Below, piece by piece: positions 1 through 7,982 of a DNA stretch of 24,277 nucleotides (positions are counted from its first letter, which is position 1; each line of letters starts with the position of its first letter). This DNA comes from a virus (Duplodnaviria > Caudoviricetes). The position numbers and the translations under genes were made by a program. The notes beneath the pieces are model-generated. The model did no database searches, was not told the origin of the DNA, and saw nothing but the letters and a program-made list of their open reading frames with translations. The stretch is taken from IMG/VR virus record IMGVR_UViG_3300049472_000038, positions 1 through 24,277 of that record. One strand, written 5' to 3'.

Positions 1-197
1 TATTTGTCCTCACTCTCTTTTTTGCATACTTCACAAATATAATCAGGCTCAAGATATTCTTTTGGGTAAAATCCGCTAATCCGATTAATCCAAATAGGCG
101 TCATTTTGTTGTCGTCATGCTCTTTGTGGCAAATACAACATACGTTTGTAAAATGCATATGATCTTTTTGCGCCGTGATATAAATTTTATTTTGCAT
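1..197 (-). CDS. small Zn-finger-like hypothetical protein (65 aa; stop codon cut by window edge)
   Basis: Hand-translated from ATG 197: MQNKIYITAQKDHMHFTNVCCICHKEH...YICEVCKKESEDK, then TA at the edge. Two CxxC pairs; preceded by the AGGACATAATATG junction. Confidence 0.75.
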   Translation of the reverse strand, partial: MQNKIYITAQKDHMHFTNVCCICHKEHDDNKMTPIWINRISGFYPKEYLEPDYICEVCKKESEDK

Positions 198-198
198 A

Positions 199-426
199 TT
201 ATGTCCTATCGTTAATCGCATTTTTAAAATCAGCCAAAAGCGAGTCTCTTAATCTTTTCACTTCAGTCTTATCTAGTTTGTATTTCAAAACAGTCTCACC
301 GATTGAGTTAGAGACGACATCGACAATAAAATTTAATCCTTGACGTGAAATCATGTCCTCTAATGCTTTAATATCTTGTTTTCTGTTTTCTAAATCGCCA
401 TACTCTCTTAAATTTAAGATATTCAT
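199..426 (-). CDS. hypothetical early phage protein
   Basis: ORF track; GGAG RBS and TAA-T-ATG coupling to neighbours. Confidence 0.75.
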   Translation of the reverse strand: MNILNLREYGDLENRKQDIKALEDMISRQGLNFIVDVVSNSIGETVLKYKLDKTEVKRLRDSLLADFKNAINDRT

Positions 427-427
427 A

Positions 428-670
428 TTATTTCACTCCCAGGTTATATCCAATTGACTCTAACTCTCTCTTCAATGACTCATATTCTTTTTTAGTTGCT
501 CTTTTTAGTTCATTCATTAACTCAGGACTGCATGGTCCATGTTGACCGATTCGTTGATATGACGACAAATTACCATTATTATCGCAGGCATCATCGGGGA
601 AAATTGCAATGACATCACCTTTAGGGAATTTGAAAAATTTGACGTTTGTTTTTTCTTTGTCTTTTTTCAT
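428..670 (-). CDS. conserved-type hypothetical phage early protein
   Basis: GDVIAIFP...SYQRIGQHG motif resembles small proteins of phage early regions; GAGGA RBS. Confidence 0.75.
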   Translation of the reverse strand: MKKDKEKTNVKFFKFPKGDVIAIFPDDACDNNGNLSSYQRIGQHGPCSPELMNELKRATKKEYESLKRELESIGYNLGVK

Positions 671-671
671 A

Positions 672-1070
672 TTATTTGTCCTCTAATCTTTTCTTTTCAG
701 AATTATATAATTCATGGCCAAGAGCTTTTCTTAATAACGCATCATTACTTTGGCATTTTAGATAAATGTCTAATGCTTTTCTAGAGTCTGTGTCATAGCC
801 GCCGTTTGAGCAAAATTCCTCGAATGAGTTTGATCCACATGATGCATCAAGAAAAAGAGACTCTAAGACTTGGTCAATTGTAGGTTTGACAGGTTTTGAG
901 TTTTCTAATCCATATACTGTGTCAATTTTAGTATTTGGCAAAAGTTTTCTATGTCCGATTCCTGTCATGTAGTCAAAAGCATGATCATAAATATATATGA
1001 TCCATTTATCATGTTGCCATTTATCCGCTGTCATTAATCCGACATGAACTGCCTTAAATTTAATGCTCAT
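672..1070 (-). CDS. hypothetical phage early protein
   Basis: ORF track; FEEFCSNGGYDTDSRKA motif; RBS and coupling. Confidence 0.75.
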   Translation of the reverse strand: MSIKFKAVHVGLMTADKWQHDKWIIYIYDHAFDYMTGIGHRKLLPNTKIDTVYGLENSKPVKPTIDQVLESLFLDASCGSNSFEEFCSNGGYDTDSRKALDIYLKCQSNDALLRKALGHELYNSEKKRLEDK

Positions 1071-1071
1071 A

Positions 1072-1608
1072 TTATTTGTCCCCTCTTACTAAATTGCCTA
1101 AATTACGTTTGAATTTTAATACTGAACAAGTCATCCAAATGACGTCATAAGAGCGGTCAACATAAACACAGTCAGATTTTTTATCCCAATAACAGTCTAA
1201 ATTTTTGGCGATATAATCTCGCTCATCTAACGTGAGATCTTCATTGTTTAGCTCTTCAAATTGATATTCAGACTCGCCGTTATGCCATGACTCAACGGCA
1301 TTATTCGGTATATATATGCCGCCATATTCAATATTGACTGACTCTTTGAGCGCCTCAATAATGAGCTCTTCACTGACATTGAGACTTAATGCTTTTTTGA
1401 CATGAGCGGCTAATTCTTCACTGTGTCTCTCATCTAGCAAACATGAAAAGTCTTTAACTGATCTCTTTGACTCAAACATATAAAAATGAGCGTCATCACA
1501 CAACGGATGATCCTTTTCATATTCCCATTGACTCTCAACTGATTCGTTAATGGCTTTTACAATTGCGTCTAGATATTCTTGTCGGTGTGATGAAACTTCA
1601 TTGATCAT
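1072..1608 (-). CDS. acidic hypothetical early protein
   Basis: ORF track; AGAGGA RBS; about 37 D/E vs 20 K/R in 178 aa by hand count. Confidence 0.75.
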   Translation of the reverse strand: MINEVSSHRQEYLDAIVKAINESVESQWEYEKDHPLCDDAHFYMFESKRSVKDFSCLLDERHSEELAAHVKKALSLNVSEELIIEALKESVNIEYGGIYIPNNAVESWHNGESEYQFEELNNEDLTLDERDYIAKNLDCYWDKKSDCVYVDRSYDVIWMTCSVLKFKRNLGNLVRGDK

Positions 1609-1666
1609 AAGATTTTGTCCTCTCTTATATTGTTAATTATAACGTTATGCGTTATTAATTTGTAAA

Positions 1667-1759
1667 TTAATTAAGGCGAGACATTAAGGCGATGAGCTCA
1701 ATGGCGAGACTGCCTAAGATTGTGGAGACTGGGATTAAGAGCTGTTTAACGTTTGTCAT
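1667..1759 (-). CDS. 30-aa hydrophobic peptide (MTNVKQLLIPVSTILGSLAIELIALMSRLN)
   Basis: Hand-translated; preceded by the same AAGAGAGGACAAA RBS motif as the next gene. Confidence 0.55.
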   Translation of the reverse strand: MTNVKQLLIPVSTILGSLAIELIALMSRLN

Positions 1760-1800
1760 ATTGAGTTTGTCCTCTCTTGGTTTGTTTTGCTTACTTCTCT

Positions 1801-1830
1801 AATATGCCATAAATGATACTAGAATGTCTA
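1801..1830 (-). promoter_or_regulatory. candidate sigma70 promoter for the leftward early block
   Basis: Minus strand TAGACA-18 nt-CATATT with TG extension and AT-rich upstream sequence. Confidence 0.4.
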
Positions 1831-1859
1831 GAATAAAATGATTCTGGACAAATAAAATA

Positions 1860-2200
1860 ATACGTATAGCATTAAGAGCGTATAACGTCTAATGATCTCA
1901 TATAGTTAGCAAGCCTGTCTAATGTAAGCGTCAATGTTATGAGGCATTGAGCTCATGACAACAGACGTTTTGAGCTCATATAATGAGACGTCATGACGCC
2001 ACGAATAATAGAGATGTTATATATTATGTAAACTATCACGCATGACGTTATGAGCTTAAGATGCGGTATTGGTCATGACGTTATAAGGCGTTTGATAGTC
2101 GAGATGTCTTAAGGCATGAGCTCATAACGTTAGGGGCTAGCATGAAGGCATGAAGGCAAGAGGTCATGCAAGCTCAGTCATTAGGCAAGCAGGCTGATAT
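1860..2200. repeat. ORF-free array of short palindromes/direct repeats
   Basis: TGAGCTCA at 1948, 1971, 2117; GTCATGAC at 1990, 2072; CATGACGTTAT at 2041, 2074; tandem GCATGAAG at 2140-2155. Confidence 0.65.
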
Positions 2201-2508
2201 GATCCTTTTCACGCTATTAACATAAAAATTTATAGCAAAAATTCGTGAGATGTTAGGCGTATTGCGTCTTTGTCTATTAATAGAGAGATAAAAAGACTCC
2301 ACAAACGCCCCATTAGATACCATACAGGAATGCGAGTTAACCCCATTGCCCATTATACCGCTAGCCTATTGTACAAGAGTGAGAGACTTGGACATGTTTA
2401 GATATAAGTAGCTGTATTGTTTAAGCTTAACGAAATCTTAATATAATTTTAACATTAAAAAAAATGTAGGCGTGGTGCGTCCGACCAAACCATCCACATC
2501 CATCCATT

Positions 2509-2982
2509 TTAATACTTCAGGGTATACAGCCTGCGCTCAGACTCTTTATACAGCGCGTCACGATTGAGAGCATACACACTATCAAAACAATCTTGCCAAC
2601 TTCGCTTTCCACGAGATCTAGCCATTCTACGGCTAATCGCGCCATAGCTCTTGCCAGTAAGCTGACACGCGCTCATGAGGTCTAGCTTCATGTTGGCATG
2701 CCAGACGTAAATGGTGTTTCTTTTGTTTCTAGAATTTGCCACTGGATAGACCCATCGACAGTTTGACGGCTCGTAGCCTTTGTTTACGTCTATTCGATCA
2801 AGCTGGGTGCCTTCTGGCCTAATACCCATGTCTTCTTTAAACTGGCTAAATTTTTTCCAGCTCTCGCAAATAGTGATTCCTCTACCGCCATAATCTGGAA
2901 AGTCTTTTACTTTCTCGTCAACACATCTGCGTACCATGCCTCGCCAGCAGGCCCTCATTGGGTCAACAAATTTCTTCCCCAT
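2509..2982 (-). CDS. free-standing HNH homing endonuclease (YGGRGI type)
   Basis: W..M..RC...YGGRGITIC..W..F..F..DMG.RP....LDRIDVNKGYEPSNCRW....NSRNKR signature. Confidence 0.9.
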   Translation of the reverse strand: MGKKFVDPMRACWRGMVRRCVDEKVKDFPDYGGRGITICESWKKFSQFKEDMGIRPEGTQLDRIDVNKGYEPSNCRWVYPVANSRNKRNTIYVWHANMKLDLMSACQLTGKSYGAISRRMARSRGKRSWQDCFDSVYALNRDALYKESERRLYTLKY

Positions 2983-2985
2983 AGC

Positions 2986-3078
2986 CTACTCGTCGTCATC
3001 GTCTAGAAACGCCATGAAGTGAGCGGTCACGAGAGCAGCGATTAAGAGCCATGTGAATGCTACGACGACAGCTTCCAT
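2986..3078 (-). CDS. 30-aa single-TM peptide (MEAVVVAFTWLLIAALVTAHFMAFLDDDDE)
   Basis: Hand-translated; fills the gap between flanking minus-strand genes. Confidence 0.55.
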   Translation of the reverse strand: MEAVVVAFTWLLIAALVTAHFMAFLDDDDE

Positions 3079-3080
3079 GA

Positions 3081-3686
3081 TTACATGATCGCTATCTGGC
3101 CATCATCCATGACCCCAAAATCATTAACGCCACGAGGAGTGATTACACAGAATATGCCGTCAACGACAAAGAATACTGGCTCATTTGGATGCGAGTGCGA
3201 GCAGATGACAGTTGTAATCGTCGGATGCTTTATCTTCCACGCTCTGATGGCGGCTATCAATCTGTCATTTGGTCTGACGGCCCAATAACGGCGTAAATGA
3301 TCAAGAGGTCGTGAGATCAGATTACGCTTAAACCAGCCAGCTCCAGGCGTTTGCTCCCTGAATTTGTCTGATCGTTCTTTACCCCATTGTTCAATATCTG
3401 AGTGTGTGATGAGGATCTTGCCGTCATTGATCAGCATGAAGTCAGGAGCGTCTAGTATGTTGAGGTCGTGATTGCCCCTGATGTAATTAAAGTTCTCATT
3501 TAGAAGTTGCATGGTTGTCAGCAATAACGGCAAGTCTTTTTTCTTACAGTTGGCTGAGTCGCAAATGTCGCCATTTAAGTAGACTGGATATGGAGATGAA
3601 TGGATTGCTGTCAGCAGTTCATCAACTGTCATGATCTCATTAGGGCCGAAAACGTGTACGTCATTTATTATTCGTAGTAAATTCAT
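3081..3686 (-). CDS. calcineurin-like metallophosphoesterase
   Basis: Ordered motifs DVH, GDICD, GNHD, THSD, HSH. Confidence 0.9.
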   Translation of the reverse strand: MNLLRIINDVHVFGPNEIMTVDELLTAIHSSPYPVYLNGDICDSANCKKKDLPLLLTTMQLLNENFNYIRGNHDLNILDAPDFMLINDGKILITHSDIEQWGKERSDKFREQTPGAGWFKRNLISRPLDHLRRYWAVRPNDRLIAAIRAWKIKHPTITTVICSHSHPNEPVFFVVDGIFCVITPRGVNDFGVMDDGQIAIM

Positions 3687-3970
3687 TCATCCTCCAAACA
3701 CATTTCATACCAGCTCTTGCATTGTTGGCACTCAGGGCATGTCGGACAATCAATCACTGGACAATCGTAGACGCAAGGCAAATTTATAACAGTTGGGATG
3801 CATGGCTTAAACTCTGGACATGCTGGCTGTTTGGACTTTTTATCATGGCAAATATCTAGCTCATATTGCGTGTTAAACAGCTTGCTTGATAGCTTGTCTG
3901 ACTCGATGCGGTAAGATAAATGTTGATAGATGATGTAGCTTAAGAGAATGAAGACAATTCTATACATCAT
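3683..3970 (-). CDS. membrane-anchored Cys/Pro-rich hypothetical protein
   Basis: Likely start MMYRIVFILLSYIIY (ORF track extends to 4036); N-terminal TM, then CPxC-rich tail. Confidence 0.6.
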   Translation of the reverse strand: MMYRIVFILLSYIIYQHLSYRIESDKLSSKLFNTQYELDICHDKKSKQPACPEFKPCIPTVINLPCVYDCPVIDCPTCPECQQCKSWYEMCLEDE

Positions 3971-4436
3971 TATGGTTAGTGTAATTCTTATTTTCAGCAA
4001 TAAAAAGGCTGATGGCTTTGGCTCAAAGCCTGTCAAAGAGTCGTCGTTTTACCCATGCTCAGAGAGTGTGTTCTGGTGGGCAGTTATGATGGCTGAAAGC
4101 GGAGGCATCCCAGATGGTAAATGTTACAAAGAACGTGGTGGGGAGTTATCCTGCGGTCTGTATCAACTTAGCTTTAAAGACGCTAAACAGTATGGTTGCC
4201 AGTTTAAGAAATTTGATGATCTGTTTGACCCTAAATTAAACACCGATTGCAAAGATCGGATAGCGGCTAAGCTGCGCAAAGATGGTGGGACATGGGACAA
4301 TGCACTTGCTAGATACTGGGGGACGATGCGATCAAAGAACAATCCCACTTGGAAAGAGTGGCACAAACAGAATCCCAATCACACAGGCTATGAGAATCTA
4401 CAGAAACACGCTGCATCTCGTGGTTGTAAATTGTAG
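3948..4436 (+). CDS. lytic transglycosylase (SLT/lysozyme-like) with N-terminal signal or anchor
   Basis: Catalytic AES (AVMMAESGG), GLYQLS, LFDPKLN and ARYW motifs; hydrophobic N-terminus. Confidence 0.85.
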   Translation: MKTILYIIMVSVILIFSNKKADGFGSKPVKESSFYPCSESVFWWAVMMAESGGIPDGKCYKERGGELSCGLYQLSFKDAKQYGCQFKKFDDLFDPKLNTDCKDRIAAKLRKDGGTWDNALARYWGTMRSKNNPTWKEWHKQNPNHTGYENLQKHAASRGCKL

Positions 4437-4448
4437 GTTGTAAATGAA

Positions 4449-4524
4449 TTGCTTGGCATGGTGGCCATGTAGTGGCAGGGCAATGAAAACCCATTCTACA
4501 AGTGAAGTTCACCACACCAAGCAA
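4449..4524. other. long imperfect hairpin between convergent genes
   Basis: Nested pairings TTGCTTGG/CCAAGCAA, TGGTG/CACCA, TGTAG/CTACA. Confidence 0.5.
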
Positions 4525-4528
4525 ATTG

Positions 4529-4693
4529 TTACTCTTCTCCCAAATACTCATTCACAGTCTTAGGACTAAACGAGATAGCTAATAGAAACCTGCGAAACGC
4601 ATCTATCATAGTCGGCATATCGGCATCTTGAGGCACTGTGATAATAACCTCATCTCCTTCGGTGTGTTTGTGGTAGAGGATTGTTTGGGTCAT
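4529..4693 (-). CDS. 54-aa hypothetical protein
   Basis: Hand-translated MTQTILYHKHTEGDEVIITVPQDADMPTMIDAFRRFLLAISFSPKTVNEYLGEE; ATGA overlap with upstream gene. Confidence 0.65.
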   Translation of the reverse strand: MTQTILYHKHTEGDEVIITVPQDADMPTMIDAFRRFLLAISFSPKTVNEYLGEE

Positions 4694-4836
4694 AGTTCAC
4701 CATTTCGTGCTTTTTTGTACTCTTCAAGCATCTCTTCCAATTCTTTTTTTCTGGCCTTATCTTCATAGTAAAATCCAATAAATTGAATAAATACCAAGCT
4801 TACAGATAATAAAAATATAACAAGTGCTTCACTCAT
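4690..4836 (-). CDS. 48-aa single-TM hypothetical protein
   Basis: Hand-translated MSEALVIFLLSVSLVFIQFIGFYYEDKARKK...; ATGA overlaps at both ends. Confidence 0.6.
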   Translation of the reverse strand: MSEALVIFLLSVSLVFIQFIGFYYEDKARKKELEEMLEEYKKARNGEL

Positions 4837-5081
4837 CTCTCACTCGCCTTTCGGTATGCTTTTAAAGTTTCTATGGCTGTTACTTTGTTTGACCACATAT
4901 CGCCCACATCGCTTTCAATATACTCAAGCGCCGAAGCCATCATCTTAACGAGTGCCTCATTCTTTGCGAGCTGATTGCGGAGGTCTACAAGTTCAAGACA
5001 TTCTTTTGCACTGACAAAGTTTGTATCAGGAAATCCGTTGCGCTCCTGTATAGGCTTATGTGTATCATCTACGTCACTCAT
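4833..5081 (-). CDS. hypothetical protein
   Basis: ORF track 4833-5105; start MSDVDD at 5081 gives ATGA coupling. Confidence 0.65.
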   Translation of the reverse strand: MSDVDDTHKPIQERNGFPDTNFVSAKECLELVDLRNQLAKNEALVKMMASALEYIESDVGDMWSNKVTAIETLKAYRKASER

Positions 5082-5350
5082 CGCCCCATCCTTTCTTGGA
5101 GCCATTTAACGCCAAGTTCAAAAGCTTTAGCCCTACTACTTTCTGGATCTTTAAAATACAGCTTGGCAATCTCTTGTTTTATTTCATCCGAACTCGGCAT
5201 CTTGGCGTTCATGGCTGCTTCTAATGCGTTAGCTATTTCTTGACTTAAATCACTCTGTCTGCCGCTATACCAAATATGTGGCAAATTAGGATCTGAATTT
5301 TTAATATGGTTCTCTAAAATTTCATCTGCTATTTGTTTAGGTGTTTTCAT
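5078..5350 (-). CDS. hypothetical protein (paralog A1)
   Basis: Start MKTPKQIADEI; shares AMNAKMP and WLxER with the next gene. Confidence 0.7.
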   Translation of the reverse strand: MKTPKQIADEILENHIKNSDPNLPHIWYSGRQSDLSQEIANALEAAMNAKMPSSDEIKQEIAKLYFKDPESSRAKAFELGVKWLQERMGR

Positions 5351-5685
5351 TCGACACATAGCCTTTCTTTGAGCCATTGATAGCAAGCAATCCAAACGTG
5401 CCATCCAATAAAATCAATCTGCCTCTCAATTTCCGTATCAGACATTCCGCTAAACTTTCCCATTTCTCTATAAAATCTTTTTCGTTCTTCGTTTAATTCT
5501 TTTTCACTCGGAAATTCAGGCATCTTGGCGTTCATGGCCTCTCGCTCTGCTTGGATTGATTTTGTGATTTCATCTAAAACTAAGTTCTTTATACTAGAAA
5601 GATTTAAGTTAAAAATTGGAGCATTAAGAGATGATTCACAGTATTCTACAATCTCTCTCGCTATCTGCTCAGGTGTCTTGGTCAT
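5347..5685 (-). CDS. hypothetical protein (paralog A2)
   Basis: Start MTKTPEQIAREI with GGAG RBS. Confidence 0.7.
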   Translation of the reverse strand: MTKTPEQIAREIVEYCESSLNAPIFNLNLSSIKNLVLDEITKSIQAEREAMNAKMPEFPSEKELNEERKRFYREMGKFSGMSDTEIERQIDFIGWHVWIACYQWLKERLCVE

Positions 5686-5830
5686 TTGATGTCTCCCGTT
5701 CATCTCTATGCGCTCCACAATTCACACACTCGTTATTTTTATCGTACTTAGTTTCCTGTTTGCAGTAAGAACATACGAGTGGCTTATAAGTTGAATCGAT
5801 TAAAACTCGGTTAGACCAGTCGATAATCAT
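5669..5830 (-). CDS. 53-aa Zn-ribbon-like protein
   Basis: Hand-translated MIIDWSNRVLIDSTYKPLVCSYCKQETKYDKNNECVNCGAH...; two CxxC pairs, GGAG RBS. Confidence 0.65.
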   Translation of the reverse strand: MIIDWSNRVLIDSTYKPLVCSYCKQETKYDKNNECVNCGAHRDERETSNDQDT

Positions 5831-6138
5831 ACATCTCCTTTTGGATACTCGATGTCATAGTCAGGTGCTAACTCTCGTAACTGTGGGCCATTATCGCTTT
5901 TAACAAATCTAAGAGTGTTGTCGTAAAACTTAATCTCTCCAGACGCTATTTCTCTTACAGCCCTAAGCTTCTTCACAGGCTCCTCTATTGGCTCCACAGT
6001 TAGGCCCAATTCTTTAATGAGAATATGTGAGTATGCGTGTCCATTTATTTCCCAAACTGGTATGCCCATGAAGCTAGATCGCTCGCCACACTCTGCTAAG
6101 ATTTCTCCTTTAGGTGTTTTGATTTTATATTTACTCAT
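5827..6138 (-). CDS. hypothetical protein (paralog B1)
   Basis: ORF track; MSKYKIK...LGLTVEPIE. Confidence 0.7.
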   Translation of the reverse strand: MSKYKIKTPKGEILAECGERSSFMGIPVWEINGHAYSHILIKELGLTVEPIEEPVKKLRAVREIASGEIKFYDNTLRFVKSDNGPQLRELAPDYDIEYPKGDV

Positions 6139-6416
6139 ACATTCTCCTTTAGGTAGATTCTATCTAGGTCTTCACGACGATGGTCGCGCCATGCATCAAC
6201 AGTGTCTGTATAGAAAGCAATCTGTTTAACTGTTTTATATGAACCAACATCAAACTCGTATGCGTACAATATTGTAGTTTTATTTTCTATTGGCTCAAGA
6301 GTGAGGCCGAGTGCTGCAAGCTCGTAGCTTTGCAAACATTCTTCCCCAACTCTGTATTGGCCTGCTGTTATTTCTTCAATCACAACACCTGTTTGTTTAA
6401 CACGCCATTTACTCAT
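6135..6416 (-). CDS. hypothetical protein (paralog B2)
   Basis: ORF track; MSKWRVK...LGLTLEPIE. Confidence 0.7.
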   Translation of the reverse strand: MSKWRVKQTGVVIEEITAGQYRVGEECLQSYELAALGLTLEPIENKTTILYAYEFDVGSYKTVKQIAFYTDTVDAWRDHRREDLDRIYLKENV

Positions 6417-6604
6417 ACATTCTCCAATCCATCTTGCGCTATAACGTAAGCTTCTTGATTTTCTTTATAGATTCTGACAATGCGCTGAAGAGCAGCTTTC
6501 ATTCTGGCATTCTCTTTTGACAGTATTTCATTACGCTTGATGACTTGTCTAAACATGTCGTGCAAAGCTTGAAGATCTTCTTTGAATGTATCTTTTTCAG
6601 TCAT
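6413..6604 (-). CDS. small coiled-coil hypothetical protein
   Basis: ORF track; AGGACAAAT RBS. Confidence 0.7.
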   Translation of the reverse strand: MTEKDTFKEDLQALHDMFRQVIKRNEILSKENARMKAALQRIVRIYKENQEAYVIAQDGLENV

Positions 6605-6617
6605 GGTATTTGTCCTG

Positions 6618-7232
6618 TTAGAGAGATGGAATTTTTTTAACAGTTGGAATGCCGAGTCCTGAGTTTACTCGCTGGAAGACTGCTTCGATCTTTGTATCAG
6701 CTTTAGTATGATTTTTGATCGACGTATCATGCATGTGTTTGACGAATGTTTTAATCTCGTCTGATTCTGAGTTTACTTTATCCATGACTTTGTTGATATC
6801 AGATGAGATATGTGTACTCGTGTTTTCAAAGTTAGTTGATACGTGGTCTGTGATGTGACTTGCGACTTCAGCTAACTGCATTTGAGTTTTAGCTATCTTA
6901 ATATCTATCTGACGTGTCGTTTCTTCAATCAGCTTTCTTAAATGATCTGAGTTCTTGTAATCTTCTTCTTTGACGTCAGCCAGAATGCCAACCAACTCTC
7001 TGTGATAAGCCGACATGTCAGTTAATACTGTAGTCTTGAATGTACCGACTTTACGCTGATGCTCAGTTAATTCATCACTTATCATTTTCGACATCATCGA
7101 CATCTGGCTGAAGATGCTGCCAAGATTTTTAACAGTAAAGCTATGATTAAATAACATCTCTTTTTTTAGACGAACTGTCAGATAGATGTTTGTGATAATT
7201 GAGATGAGTGTGAGGATGATGATAGCTGTCAT
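6618..7232 (-). CDS. membrane-anchored coiled-coil protein
   Basis: N-terminal TM (IIILTLISIITNIYL) followed by a long helical region; GGAG RBS. Confidence 0.7.
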   Translation of the reverse strand: MTAIIILTLISIITNIYLTVRLKKEMLFNHSFTVKNLGSIFSQMSMMSKMISDELTEHQRKVGTFKTTVLTDMSAYHRELVGILADVKEEDYKNSDHLRKLIEETTRQIDIKIAKTQMQLAEVASHITDHVSTNFENTSTHISSDINKVMDKVNSESDEIKTFVKHMHDTSIKNHTKADTKIEAVFQRVNSGLGIPTVKKIPSL

Positions 7233-7241
7233 GGTGTCTCC

Positions 7242-7982
7242 TTAGTTAATAGATAGCTTTTTCTTTAGCCAATCTTCAAAACGATCTTGCGTAATTCTAT
7301 GGGCTGAGTCAACTTGATATTGCAAATACAAATCGTCTTGACCGCCAGTGCCCTGATTTGTGCCATCTATCATAATGTCTTGATATCCTTTTAAGAATAC
7401 GCCGATTCGGTTTTGACGATTAAATTCACGATATAACCAATCTTCGATAAATCCCCACGCGCCATTATCTTGATTCAGTGGATAGGCTTTGTTTAAGAAG
7501 TCAGCTCGGAAAGCACCCATAGGCCAAGAGTGCCCACGATATATTTTATAGCAATCATTTCCGTTAATAGTAATTAATTCGCCATATGGGATGTCTGGAT
7601 CTGGACGTTCTAGAGTCACATATGCCACTGATGGATCAGATAAGACTTGAATCATTTTCTCTAGGTAGTCGTCATCACGTGGATTGTTGTCTGGGTCAAA
7701 GAAATGAACAAAGTCTGTTGGCTCAAATTGATAGTGACAAATTACTTGATTGTAATTTTGTGCAACGCCTAGATTGTCGATTTTAAAATATGAGCATGCG
7801 TAAAATTTATCTCTATATTTTTCAAACAGTAGATAGATCTCGTTTGAGTTGTTGAGTGGATATTCTGGATCAACAAAGATGAAATAAAAACGAGATGTGT
7901 CTTTTAATTTAGCGAGGAGTCTGTTGATTGCGCCTTCGACGACTTGAGTTTTGTTGTAGGCCAGCATGACGACATAAATCAT
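7242..7982 (-). CDS. family 2 (GT-A fold) glycosyltransferase
   Basis: N-terminal VVMLAYN, FVD, NLGVAQNYN, FFDPD (DxD), FIED motifs. Confidence 0.8.
   Translation of the reverse strand: MIYVVMLAYNKTQVVEGAINRLLAKLKDTSRFYFIFVDPEYPLNNSNEIYLLFEKYRDKFYACSYFKIDNLGVAQNYNQVICHYQFEPTDFVHFFDPDNNPRDDDYLEKMIQVLSDPSVAYVTLERPDPDIPYGELITINGNDCYKIYRGHSWPMGAFRADFLNKAYPLNQDNGAWGFIEDWLYREFNRQNRIGVFLKGYQDIMIDGTNQGTGGQDDLYLQYQVDSAHRITQDRFEDWLKKKLSIN

Noticed and set aside
1860-2200. CRISPR array
   Set aside because: Repeats are 8-11 nt and irregularly spaced, with no repeat-spacer periodicity or cas genes
4449-4524. tRNA (76-nt structured segment)
   Set aside because: Folds as one elongated hairpin; no cloverleaf or convincing T-loop/anticodon arm
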